A stretch of DNA of 64,000 bases from Adineta vaga. Lineage: Eukaryota; Animalia; Rotifera. Location: NCBI GenBank assembly GCA_021613535.1, contig CP075492.1, forward strand, positions 1,488,001-1,552,000. Reading direction: 5' to 3'. A program made the translations under genes and the position numbers. The notes below the pieces were generated by a model. The model was not told the origin of the DNA and did no database searches. It was given only the letters and a program-made list of their open reading frames with translations. Shown piece after piece: positions 1 through 13,235 of the stretch (its first letter is position 1; every line of letters begins with the position of its first letter).

Positions 1-930
1 TATATTCAATCAATTATTATTGTTGATCGAAAATCTTTAATAAAAATTGTGAATAACTATTAGATATTGTTTTATCTATTAAATTACATATTATATGTAA
101 AACATTAAAAATATATTTTGATGACATACAAAAATCTCGTATATCAATAAATATTAATGATAGCTAATTCATTCAATATCATCTTTAATTAAATCTGATG
201 AACATATTTCATTTAATGTATAATTGATTTCAAAAATATCTTTATAATTAATTAAAATATTCATATTCATTATATGGTGAATCTGTTTTAATTTCAGTTT
301 TTATAATAATAATAAAAAATGAATAATAGAAAACGAGAATAATAAATGATAAAATAAAAAGAAAAAAAGAAATTATGATTAAAAAAGTGATGATTATAAA
401 ATATGTGAGTAGTTATTGTTGTTCACTTTTTTCGAGAATCTAAGTAAAAGGATCATCCCATTTATGTATCTATTTGACTAATTTCTGATCGTAATGTGAC
501 ATAAAAAACGCAGTCATCATATCAATAACAATAGTAATGCCACTACGCGTTCAAAATTTACCATTGAGAACATCAGTAGCAGTAAGAACGACAGAAGCAA
601 TATAAACACCCATCACAATATCTTCTTTTTGAATAAATCGAACTATTTTTTAGTGTAAATCGAGTATTCGAAGAAAGACCAAATAGAAAAAGTAGATTCA
701 AAGGTAGACATATTGATAATCCTAAAGCTCCTGCAGCAGGCATAACTGATTCAAGAGAATAAGAGATATATTGAAAATTCATGGACATTTCTTTTAGTAA
801 AAGTGATGATAGAAGAGTTGTTGCATGAACATATTCAAGAGTTAACATTGTGAATAAATCAATGAGACTTATCTCATCTAAGAGTTGATAGGATTTCAAT
901 GATAGAATACCAACTTGAAAAGATATTAAC
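1..930 (-). pseudogene. Decayed member of the TM / Cys-rich / TM module family (paralog of 6420-13235)
   Basis: Manual minus-strand translation of 1-380 gives FLFILSFIILVFYYSF, INYKDIFEINYTLNEICSSDLIKDDIE*ISY and RDFCMSSKYIFNVLHIICNLIDKTISNSYSQF. These align with INYEKFIQINYTIHQICQSYFVTQHWIDY and DDFRS..FQAI..FCDLVQQTINN of the intact modules, with stops and frameshifts. ORF 573-899 (GLSSNTRF..CFCRSYC) weakly resembles the second half of a module. Confidence 0.6.
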
Positions 931-1295
931 GATATTATATTTGATGTTGATTATAAAATAAAATGAAAGAAAAATACAAGATTCAGCATATTTAATAAAC
1001 GTATTTGTGTATAAATCTATTCTTTTGAAAGGTTATAACATGGCAAGACAAAATATATTCCAGGAAAATAAAACGAAAGAAAATGCTCTTCTTCTATAGA
1101 AAACTAAGAATATGTTATTTCAATTTCAACGTAAAAATCAGCAAAAATTGTGAATATGATATCGTCAAACTAATATTAACAATTACTACTTTGATTATAT
1201 ATTTCGAATAGTTTTCTGAATGAAAGTGACTATGTGAGTTTCATTGTTTTATATGAATTGCTTATAACAAAACATTTTCGTTGTATTCATCATTA

Positions 1296-1880
1296 ATAAA
1301 ACTCTGTAATACCGCCGATAATTTTATTAATTCCTTCAACAATTAAGACTTTGCCATTTCGTAAAAGAGATATTGTGTGTTGACAATGAACTCCTTTCGT
1401 ATAGAACTAGCACGTGACCAAGTATTCGTTAATGGATCATACAATTCATATTCGGAGAGAAAAGAATAACTCATTGTTCCATCAGTAATAAAAACTTTTC
1501 CATTAGTTAACACAGTTGCTGTATGAGCATACCGAAATATATTTAATTTACCTGTTTGTGTCCATTCTAAATATATAATCTATGAATACATTGTTCACTA
1601 ATGAGTAATGTTTATCTGAAAACTCACTTAGCATTTCTCGTAGAAATCGTGTTTCTTGACTACTACTAAGCTATTCATTTACAAAATGTATACTTCAAAC
1701 AATCGATACAGTTAGATCAAAAAGACGAGTAAATATTACGTATTCCTGCAGTTGTTGTTGTTGTTGTTGAAATTATTAATGTAACTGAGTTTTGCTTTGC
1801 TTTAACTAATGCTAAAATAACACCAACTATAACTATTACTATTGTTAAAAAGAAAATGAATAAAAGTCTCTTCCATTTTC
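1296..1880 (-). pseudogene. Kelch-repeat membrane protein pseudogene (TM + Thr stalk + Kelch propeller remnant)
   Basis: Minus strand 1568-1296 reads EWTQTGKLNIFRYAHTATVLTNGKVFITDG..ELYDPLTNTWS, then after a frameshift QHTISLLRNGKVLIVEG (Kelch consensus). Minus strand 1880-1740 reads RKWKRLLFIFFLTIVIVIVGVILALV..STTTTTTAG, with an in-frame TGA just upstream. Confidence 0.75.
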
Positions 1881-2937
1881 TTTGTCAGCATTCATATCTA
1901 AATATGCGAGAGAAATAGAGAATTAATAAGTTGTTTTCTTTTTAATCAATTGAAGTTTTACAATGTTTGTAATAAAATTACTTGATCAATTTGAGACTAC
2001 AATTAGAAATAGAAAAGGTGGAAGAGAGAATTATTTGAGATTTAATTACTAACCATTATATTGTATGAATAAAATAAGAGAAAAAAAATCTTATTTTTCT
2101 ATTAAATAACAAATTGCGAGTTATTATTTTTCTTTCATGAAAAAGATTAGAATAATAGATTAAATTGAAAAAAAGAATTAAACCTAGAACTTTCGGCATT
2201 TCTAATGCCATCAACAAGAGTAATGTATGAAATGATGTTACTTCAGCTGGTGAACGTAGGATGAGAGTGTCGACGAAGTACTAACTTATCAACAGAGAAT
2301 GATGCACCGTCTACGGAGGATGAATAGTTGAGAATTCAAATTTCGAGTAATTATTACACTACTGATTGATTTAGATGGTATCCTTACGCTCAGTCACACT
2401 CTTCTAAACTTTCTTTTCTTTCAACATTAATTATAATAAGAGAAAAGGAAACAAAATTTGTCCTATTTTGTGCATTCAATCGAATAGAAGGACTTGTGTA
2501 AAAAAAAAAGCTACAGTTTAAAACAATAATGTTAAACTGGAAAGTTGAATGTAATTATTCATTGAGAGAGCAATAGGGAAAAGAATTGAATTCTTATTAT
2601 GGACTAATTCATAAGCATGATTTATTATTTTCTTTTCTATTACAAAGAAAAAAAATTAATTAAAAGAAATATTTCTTTTAAAACAAGTAGGTTAATGTTC
2701 CTACGAAAAAATGAACATTTTTTTCTTCTTCTTGTAAAACAATTACTCAAATGGATTCGTGAATGAACATTAAAGTAGAATCTCATATATTTTCCTATGA
2801 GAGAAAAGAAAGAAGAAAAAGAGAATTTTTTTGTAATTAATAATATAAGGAAAAAACATTTTCTTTTTTCTTAATTAAGAATGAAATTTGGATGCTTTTT
2901 AAAAAGCTTTTCTACGGAAGAATATTGACTAAAAATC

Positions 2938-3155
2938 TGTCGAATTCGCCGGAAGTTGTCGGAAGTTACCGGAATCTTGGCAACAGGATTCCGACAAAAA
3001 AGGCATCGGATGTCGGAATAACTAGGATCTTGTCGAAACCTCTGAGAATCTGACACTTTCCGACATCCAGAACCGCATATCGGAATCCTTTTGCCAGGAT
3101 TCCGGCAACTTCCGACGAATTCCTATCGGATCCGACAGGGTGAGTTCGACCTGGG
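2938..3155. mobile_element. GC-rich imperfect palindromic MITE remnant (ccgac/gtcgga-rich)
   Basis: gaattcgccggaagttgtcggaagttaccggaatcttggcaacaggattccga pairs imperfectly with tcggaatccttttgccaggattccggcaacttccgacgaattc. Similar motifs occur at ~59540-59705 and ~60000-60175. Confidence 0.6.
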
Positions 3156-3493
3156 AATATCCTTTTCGTAAAAACTTCATAATTGTCTAATTTTAGTAGC
3201 GGTGTCAGAGATAGGGATTGTATTGAACTAAAGTCACTCGCAGTAATTTAAGTTTTAACCTCACTTTTATCGCCATTCTCATCTTAAAAGTCAATTTCTG
3301 GTAAAATTACAAAGAACTTAGTTTTTCTCGATTTTTGCACATATTTTAGATAACCATTGACAATTTATAAAAAATAGTTTCAATCAATATTTTCAAAGAC
3401 GAAAATTGTCAATTACTTATTATTGACTATCCCTACAATATAAAGTATGTTTTTTGTTTCTTATTCATATTCGTTTTTTCTGACATAAAATAC

Positions 3494-3611
3494 AAGTAAC
3501 GCTCATCATACCGACTCATTTAACCCTCGACTGTAGAGAACGGGTATTTTTAGCTTGTCCCAATAGTGAGACGAATTGATCTAGTAACTTAATATACGAA
3601 AAAACGATTCA
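3494..3611 (+). repeat. Dispersed ~120-bp repeat, copy 1 (others at 28201 and 30378)
   Basis: Shares taacgctc..gactca..ctcga..ggtatttt..caatagtga.acgaatt.atctag.aa..aacgattca with the two other copies. Confidence 0.75.
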
Positions 3612-6419
3612 CATCTTATTATTGAAATATGTATTAACCTTCGAAAACAAAATAGTAACTTTTGCTTCGTGAAATCGATTACACCCAACACCCAGGTCCC
3701 TACTCCCCAAGATGATGATTTCCAACTAGCATTGACTGATGTTTTTTGACCTTTGACACTGACACAAATTTACAAACAAACTATTTTGTTTCATACGATC
3801 CTTCCGACAGTCGAAGGAATATGAAAGCACAGAGGTGTGGGCACCAAATTTTCTTGCCTCGCGATATCCGGTTCGTGGCGCTCGCTATCCAGACCCGTTC
3901 TCGTAAAACCCGAGAGAATTTTTACCCTAGACTGCAAGAATAAGATCTAGCAACGAGAATTCAATACGATATATCGGATCTGTCGATAACGCGGTAAAAG
4001 GGATCATTTTTTTAGTACAAAGTGATCGCTTGTACTGTGGAACTCACATATGTTTTTTGAAGAAAAATAAGTGTAAGTTTCAAGCCAAGAGATTTTTAGG
4101 CCCTTCCGCTACGTCTAACCTTTCAGACAGCGCTCAATTAAAGACAAGACCTTATTATTAACAGATTGTTGTTGCAAATGGTCTTTGTGAGTTCCACAAG
4201 TTAGCCACTTAAGAGCTACGCTGAAAGCTTCTTTTACACAAAAAGCGAAATAAGTTTCTACAGAAATCGCTATCATATGTGTTTTATTTTGGAAGTGGTA
4301 TGGATCAACTCTTATCTATATTTAAATACAGTTATATTCACATATAGATCTAGTTTAAAACCGAGTGGGTCGACTTTCAATGAATATTCTTTTTTTAGAA
4401 CATTTTCTGCATAATTCATCAATTTGCCACAAAACATGTTAGACAAGTTTTACAATTGATTAAATCCTCTATAATAGAAGCTTCCTGTTTGCAAAGCGTT
4501 TTTCAAAAGTTTTAGCAGTATTTTTTATCGTAAAATAAATGAAAAACAAGGCTTTTCGATAAAAATTTTATTCATTTTCCTAGTATCCAACGTAAAAATC
4601 TCAAAATCATAAAATTCCTGATGACTTTTTTAACACCTAAAACCTCTGTATATTGGATATCTTTATACAGTAACTAGTTTTCGCTAGGAATGAACCTCCC
4701 TATAGTGGACTTTCTCATACAATAATATATGACGAAGATTCATGACAGCCTTATAATATTTATATAAGAAATCTCTATGTGGAATGAAGAATGATTGTCT
4801 GCCTTTTTATTAAACATTCCACGGTGCTCTCCTAGATCTCAGGGAAGATCGACGGGGTACGGGAAGCGTGGGTAAAATTTCACCCAGGTAGTTTCGTGAT
4901 ACCTGAGGTCACTAAATTGCCCATGACACTTGCATATCTACAGAAAAACGTCGATAGGGGATGGGGAACGAAAGATAACTGAACTTCAACCTCATTTCGA
5001 TTAACTCATTTGATGGATCTTTAAAGTATCAATCTATCGTCATGCTTTCGCACTGGTCTGCTTGTCTTACACGGAAGTGAGGGTGATATAGGAGTAAAGT
5101 ACTCACTTCTACACAATATTCGTTGGACTATCGTGCTTCATCGTGGACGTGTGCGTGTTCGCGATAGATGAAACTTTAAGTTGGAGTCTTAGGCTTTTTA
5201 GGTGCGAACTGAAGTGTAGACAGAGTTGGAACGAGATCCATAAGAAAAAAGATGGATTTTGCAGCAGAAACTGTAAGAAATGGGTGGATTTGGAATGCTA
5301 CATAGTATAAGTTGCTCTATCTTAGATATATTTGGTAGGATATGTTGTGGTGATAGACAAATAATTTCAAGCTCAACTCTCTCTGAATCCCTTGTCGTTT
5401 TCTGACATATGGAGTCTTCCGTCGGGTATCTCCGCTAGTATAACTATATTTAATCAAATATTTAGTTTTCGAGAGTAGAGTTGAATGTGAGGAAGAGTAA
5501 CGATACCGAGTATAACGTGCTGTCCTATTCATTAGAAATGTTCAGATCAGCCAAGAAAACATTTATATCCAGTATAATAGAATTGCATTAGAAAATACCC
5601 GACCTCTATACTACAGACACTTTTGAAAAGTTACGACAGTATCCACTATAGCGATACTTCATTGTAATTGCATGACCAGCAGCTGATCGAACGACTATGA
5701 TATCATTCACTGTAGATGAACTAATTTTGATTTTCTTTCAAATATAATGATTCAATTTGAAAAAAGATAAGAAGTAAAGATATTAGGAAGAAATAGACTT
5801 TCGTTGATGCATCGAAATACTGAACTAATCATTCTTCACTATCCCAATATTCGTAAGAAAAGGATATCTATTATAACTTTTCACGGCTTTTCATTCTGCT
5901 CCAAAAATTTCGCGACCCGTTTGAACGCGTGTAAATCTAACCCCGGCGTACAACTCTGTATCAAAAGAAGAAAAATCTCTTACTACTATATTGCTTTGAA
6001 AAATGGAAGAAACAAGCAACTTTTTCATTAATGCTGAAGTATTTATTTCTGATCACAAAAACAAACTGGTAGAATAACATTTACCGATAGCTCATCTCGA
6101 GGCGCCACGAGGATTTCCACTCTGAGGGAGCTCAGCCAATCCAAAAAGATTACGTATTTATCAGTATAATCATGTGAGGAGTTTATTGTTTTCCATATTC
6201 ACCCCTGCCAAACCCCACGGCTCATATATGATCGATTCTTGTCTGAAAACAGAAAAAAAATCTGGATAGTTTCCACTTAATACAGTCGACTTGGATATAT
6301 AATTCTTCTTTACTTACTCGTTGAGACGATTAAATCCGGATAAATAGAGTCTATCTACAGTATAATTTATCGCTTGTTTTTTTGGAAGATTATCAAATCA
6401 GTTCTATTCCATATTTTAG

Positions 6420-7676
6420 TGGGAAAATTTCGCCGTTTTATTTCACAAATATGGCAAAAGTTTAAGGTGAGTATTCAAGATTTCAATCTATTTCCATCGA
6501 TTCCTCCATCGGAAAATGAACATGAACTTGAAAATCAACGTTTATCAACTCGATTATTTATTTTTCTTCTTATATTTTCATTAACCATTCTTCTTCTTTA
6601 TAATTCATTAATTACTATTACGCAAACTGTGAATATCAAACAACCAACAATGACAAAATATTTACAATTATATTCAACATATTCTCAAACATTAACATGT
6701 TCATGTACAAAAATATCGATTAATTATGAAAAATTTATTCAAATTAATTATACAATTCATCAAATATGTCAGAGTTATTTTGTTACACAACATTGGATTG
6801 ATTATTTATTTGCTTCTCGTGAAAATATATTTCTATATTTAGATGATTTTCGATCGTTTAGCGTTTATACATTTCAAGCAATACGTGCATTTTGTGATTT
6901 AGTTCAACAAACAATCAATAATCGTCTAAATGAATTTTATTCTAATAAATATATAAGTTCAATTCTTATTGCTTCTTCAACATTTAATTTTCAAATTAAA
7001 TCAATAGTTTCATCATTTATATCATCAATAACAAATGAATTTTTATTATCAATTTTAACAATAAGACAAATGATTCAAAGTAACGCTTTACTTTCTGCAC
7101 AATTAACAAATTATCGTCTTATAAAAAATACTGAAACTGTTTATATCAGTTCTGATACAACAGTTTTCGATCATTGTTACTGTGAACGTTCAGCTAAATG
7201 TAGTAAACAATCTCGAATTTATAATTATACAACTCTTTCACCTATTTATTACGTACCAGGTATGCCAATAGGATGTTATATCGTTGAAGCATTATTACAA
7301 TCAAATCTTCGTTGTTTTTATGATCAAATATGTTTAAATCGAGTAATGAACTATTTCTTTTTATCACCATCAATAAATATTACAGTTCTTGATCAATCTT
7401 TATTAATCAACTTTACAGTAAATTCAACATTTGAAAATATTTTGAATCAATTAATGGTTGAAGAATGGAATTCATCGATTTATTATGAGAATTATTATGT
7501 TGAGTGTGAACCATCACAATGTATTTATACTTATCAAACAAGAAATAATGGAATTTATATTATCACAGCAATTATTGGTTTAATGGGTGGATTGATTACA
7601 GTTTTGAAGATAATTTCACCACGAATTATCGATTTTATACGAAGAAATAAACAAGGAATAGGAATAGAAAAAATAG
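6420..7676 (+). CDS. Multi-module membrane protein, module exon 1 (TM1 / Cys-rich ectodomain / TM2); upstream exon not identified
   Basis: Lies in ORF 6374-7687. Acceptor ttttag|TG at 6419/6420 (phase 1) and donor ATAG|gtaaaa at 7676/7677 (phase 1). Hydrophobic segments RLFIFLLIFSLTILLLY and IYIITAIIGLMGGLITVLKII. Confidence 0.85.
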
Positions 7677-9083
7677 GTAAAATTTGAAAAAGAATATCTT
7701 CATTCGATTTGACTTTTTATAGATACGTTTCTTTATTGAATAGAATAACAACATAATGGGAAGAAAATAAGATAGACGAAATAGATCAACCCAATCAGTA
7801 AAACTAGCGCCTTTTCATGTCATTGATAATATAGTAGAATATCCTAACAGCTAAAGACTTAAATGATTTATTTAATAGAATAATCGAAAGAGTATAACGA
7901 TAGAAACACTATTTCTACGTATTCATCTTATGATTCGACTTCCTTTGGTTATTGATCGTAAGAACGAACGATTCAATCTGCAGAGAAAAAAATGGTATGA
8001 ACATTAAATAAACTCGTTATATGAGTAAAAATAACGCATGTTAATCAAAAAGAAAGAATTATTATAAAAAAATGACGCTCATCATTAGACCTTTTATTTG
8101 ATAGTGATATGTCTGCGAGTATATTCATTTCCAATACCATTTTCACACGTTTATACGATTGTATTTATTTATCAAATCTTATTTGTCTATTTTCATATTT
8201 AATAGTATTCAATCTGAAGTTCAAAATAAATACAAAGAAGTTTCTATTTATCTACATTGAGTAAATAATTTTAAAAAAAGAAACAAAACTAAGATGATTT
8301 TTATCTACTTATCGTATGCCAAAAGTAATAGCAATGACACTTTTGTGCAACTCACAAAGATTTTTGCGAAGAAAAAGAAGTTCTCTCTTTCTATGTCATT
8401 TGATCGTACTTCAACTAATATAATTATAATAAGATTTCCATAAGATCTGTTTTGTCCGCTTGTGTCACAGTTCTATGAGGGCTGGTGATTATTGTTTTCT
8501 ATAACTTTTAATATGAACAAGATAGATAAATGCAGTTTTTACTGTTGGAACGAGAAGATTGAGATACATCGAATCATATATTGGTACAGAGACGACCTTC
8601 TTAGAGTCTTAGATAAAATCAACATTCTTTAGTTGAGTCTTGCGAATTTTGTAGATCTTCAATTAATTGTTTGAATTTCTATGCGATAATTTAAAAATCC
8701 ACTCTAGAGAACTTATCCGATATGTTTATTCCTAAAACATCAACTGAAAGCGTAACAAAAAAACAGATAATAAAACGCTAAAGTATCTGATTCGATGTGT
8801 CTTCATCACGTCTTTTCAAAGATAAAAGCTACCGCTCTCTATCTTGTGCAAATATAAGTTTTATACATAATTTAATATAATCACATTAGTTGGAATAACT
8901 ATCACCAAATGAAATGGAAAGAGAGAGCTTCTATTTCTTTACGAGCCTGTAGAAAAAGAAAAGATTTTAAAGTCTAATATAAGATGTAAAACTGTCGTTA
9001 TGTTTATAAACAGAAATTATTTATATTAATTAAATTTTCAAAAACGATTTGTCAATTATTTCTATTTATTTATAAACCATCAG

Positions 9084-10331
9084 ATAATCGAACAACAAAT
9101 ACATCCAATGGAATACTATACAATTATACAATTACTTTTAACATATTTCCATCCATTCCTCCAACGGAAAATGAACATGAACTTAAAAATCAACGTTTAT
9201 CAACTCGATTATTTATTTTTCTTCTTATATTTTCATTAACCATTCTTCTTCTTTATAATTCATTAATTACTATTACACAAACTGTGAATATCAAACAACC
9301 AACAATGACAAAATATTTACAATTATATTCAACATATTCTCAAACATTAACATGTTCATGTACAAAAATATCAATTAATTATGAAAAGTTTATTCAAATT
9401 AATTATACAATTCATCAAATATGTCAGAGTTATTTTGTTACACAACATTGGATTGATTATTTATCAGCTGTTAAAGAAAGTGTTGGTCCACAATTAGATG
9501 ATTTTCGATCAACAAGTACATTAACATTTCAAGCAATCAGTACATTTTGTGATTTAGTTCAACAAACAATCAATAATCGTCTAAATGAATTTTATTCTAA
9601 TAAATATATAAGTTCAATTCTTATTGCTTCTTCAACATTTAATCTACAAATTAAATCGATAGTTTCATCATTTATATCATCAATAACAAATGAATTTTTA
9701 TTATCAATTTTAACAATAAGACAAATGATTCAAAGTAATGCTTTACTTTCTGGACAATTATCAAATTATTATTTATATACATATTCAAATGATATTTATT
9801 TGTATTCGTATCCAATAATACATGGAAATTGTAGTTGTGCAAGTTCTGCAAAATGTACGATTCAATCAGAAATAACAAATTCTTCTACAGGTGAAGTCTA
9901 TTTTTTCGTACCTGGAATTCGATTAGGTTGTTATATTGTTGAAGCATTATTACAATCAGATCTTCGTTGTTTTTATGATCAAATATGTTTAAATAAAATC
10001 TTATCATATTTTACTTTATCACCATCAATAAATATTACAGTTCTTGATCAATCTTTATTAATCAACTTTACAGTAAATTCAACATTTGAAAATATTTTGA
10101 ATCAATTAATGGTTGAAGAATGGAATTCATCGATTTATTATGAGAATTATTATGTTGAATGTGAACCATCACAATGTATTTATACTTATCAAACAAGAAA
10201 TAATGGAATTTATATCATCACAACAATTATTGGTTTAATTGGTGGATTGATTACAGTTTTGAAGATAATTTCACCACGAATTATCGATTTTATACGAAGA
10301 AATAAACAAGAAATAGGAAGAGAAGAAATAC
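9084..10331 (+). CDS. Multi-module membrane protein, module exon 2
   Basis: Acceptor catcag|AT at 9083/9084 continues in frame (DNRTTNTSNGILYNYTITFNIFPSIPP) into ORF 9284-10351. Donor ATAC|gtaaga at 10331/10332, phase 1. Confidence 0.85.
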
Positions 10332-11952
10332 GTAAGATATTTATAAAATAAGGATAATATGAAAAAAGTGAAATGCGTTTGTCGATGTGTAGTTTAAAGA
10401 GCAATCCGATTAAAGATGTGAATGTATTGCAAAATAGATGACTGTCATTTGATATCCATAAAAATAAAAAATCTGACAGTTAAGTTGTATAATTGATCAT
10501 CCTCTCCATTTTAAGACTTGAATGAGGTTTCTAGTGGTAACTGTAGTGGATAAATCTAAGTTGCACGAAGAGTTTTGAACAGGAAATTTCATCGTGAAAA
10601 ACTGCATTTAACAAATTTTTCGCGACAAAATAGCATAAAATGTAAAGTTGAGTAGGTGTATGATATAATATTGATGAGAATAAAGCGAATGGACGCATGT
10701 AAATTTCTATATAGTATATCTTGGTCTACTTTATAGAGTCGCATGTCTCATTTATCGTGAACGCAATAGACATTGTGTATATGATGCTTATACAATTCAT
10801 TTAAGAAAATAATAATATCTTAAGAATAGCGAAATGAACAGAAACACTTTTTGCTATTTCTAGATCAATAGTGCGTACGAAAGTTTATTAACTAATCTGT
10901 TCGAAACCAAGAGAGAAGACGCAAAGATATAACAGAGCATAGGTAGTTTGAACACAAAACAATATGAGAATACGACAGCAATTCTATCGAGAAGATCCTT
11001 TATAGACTAATAGAGACAAGATAAGAAGGATCAATCGTCTTCTCGTGACTCGTGATTACTAATAACGTTAGAATCTAATATTGTTGAGATTTATAGAAAA
11101 TGTGAAGTCAGTATCACTTCCACTTGAAGAAATATCGGCACCAGAAACTCTTACTGTTTTTGTTCTTTTTGTGCGTCTTTCTCAATTCACTCAGCCTTCG
11201 AGAAGCATTGTGTAGAATGGTAATTCATAGTCGTCAATATAGTTGTAAATAATTGACCTAAACTATCCTAACGGTCGCCCATAAAATAGAATGGAACGCT
11301 TCATTCGCATTCTGCGAACCACCACCATAGTCGATTCTGAGTTACGATTATGTTTTTAATTATTTGAAGTTGTTTGGAGATATTTGCACCATAGATCATT
11401 CCATGACTAATAGAAGGAACGCAAAAGGTGAAATTGCATTCAGATAAAGAACGAGAAAAACACGAAAAATCATGTATGATAGTGCCAACGTATAACATGT
11501 ATTGAAATGATGAATCTTAGGAAAACTCATCATAAGATAGACAAACTATCGTGCATTCGAAAGTGGAGAACTTACTTTATCAAACCGAACATAAATGAAA
11601 AATGCGAACATTTTGACAAAAATCGACTTTTTAGGGTGGAGCTCCTTAAATTCAGTCGAAATGTAAATGAGTCTTCGTCGACGAACGTTGTTTATTTCTT
11701 GTTATCTATTGGATGAATACACTGAAAAACAAAAATACTTTTGTAGAAAATTAAACATTTTCAAATACGCCTTTTTCTGTTCGATCGAATGAAATTTTGA
11801 AAAAATTTCGTAGTTTATAACCAATTGAAAACTATCGATAAGTTTCACGAAAGTACTCTAAATTGGTATTAAATTTTAAAGAAAACAATTTGGATAAAAA
11901 TTACCGTAAAAGTATAGTTCAATGTTTGAATAGGTGAATTTGATTGTTTTAG

Positions 11953-13235
11953 AATTAAATATCAGAGAACGAATTCATAAAATAAAAGACAAAATCAAGA
12001 TCATTGTTGTAAATCTTAATTTATTTCCATCCATTCCTCCAACGGAAAATGAACATGAACTTAAAAGTCAACGTTTATCAAGTCGATTATTTATTTTTCT
12101 TCTTTTATTTTCATTAACAATTCTTCTTCTTTATAATTCATTAATTACTATTACACAAACTGTAAATATCAAACAACCAACAATGACAAAATATTTACAA
12201 TTATATTCAACATATTCTCAAACATTAACATGTTCATGTACAAAAATATCAATTAATTATGAAAAGTTTATTCAAATTAATTATACAATTCATCAAATAT
12301 GTCAGAGTTATTTTGTTACACAACATTGGATTGATTATTTATTTGCTTCTGGTAGAAACGTTTTTCTTATATCCTATGATTTTCGATCAACAAGTACATT
12401 AACATTTCAAGCAATCAGTACATTTTGTGATTTAGTTCAACAAACAATCAATAATCGTCTAAATGAATTTTATTCTAATAAATATATAAGTTCAATTCTT
12501 ATTGCTTCTTCAACATTTGATTTTCAAATTAAATCAATAGTTTCATCATTTATATCATCAATAACAAATGAATTTTTATTATCAATTTTAACAATAAGAC
12601 AAATGATTCAAAGTAATACTTTATTATATTCGCAATTAAGAAATTTTATACTATATGCATATTCAAATGATGTCAACGTTTATTCATATCCAATGGTATA
12701 TGGAAATTGTAGTTGTGCAAGTTCTGCAAAATGTGTTTATATATCAGAAATGTACGATGTAGTTACAGGTGAAATATTATCCAATGTACCAGGTATGCAA
12801 TCAGGTTGTTATATTGTTGAAGCATTATTACAATCAGATCTTCGTTGTTTTTATGATCAAATATGTTTAAATAAAATCTTATCATATTTTACTTTATCAC
12901 CATCAATAAATATTACAGTTCTTGATCAATCTTTATTAATCAACTTTACAGTAAATTCAACATTTGAAAATATTTTGAATCAATTAATGGTTGAAGAATG
13001 GAATTCATCGATTTATTATGAGAATTATTATGTTGAATGTGAACCATCACAATGTATTTATACTTATCAAACAAGAAATAATGGAATTTATATTATCACA
13101 ACAATTATTGGTTTAATTGGTGGATTGGTTACAGTTTTGAAGATAGTTATACCACGATTAGTTACATATATGAAGATTTTAATTGAAAGATTTAAAAGAA
13201 AACGTGCTGCAGTCACACCAATGATTCAGAATTAA
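11953..13235 (+). CDS. Multi-module membrane protein, module exon 3 (terminal)
   Basis: Acceptor gttttag|AA at 11952/11953, phase 1, in frame with ORF 11934-13235. Unique C-terminal tail ending at TAA 13233-13235, with AATAAA at ~13362. Confidence 0.85.

Noticed and set aside
5252-5278. ATGGATTTTGCAGCAGAAACT|gtaag as first exon of the three-module gene
   Set aside because: The donor is phase 0 but the 6420 acceptor requires phase 1.
6809-12803. Diversity-generating retroelement (template/variable repeat) as the source of module variability
   Set aside because: Differences between copies are not confined to adenines, there is no non-coding template repeat, and the only RT in the window is a dead Gypsy RT ~48 kb away.
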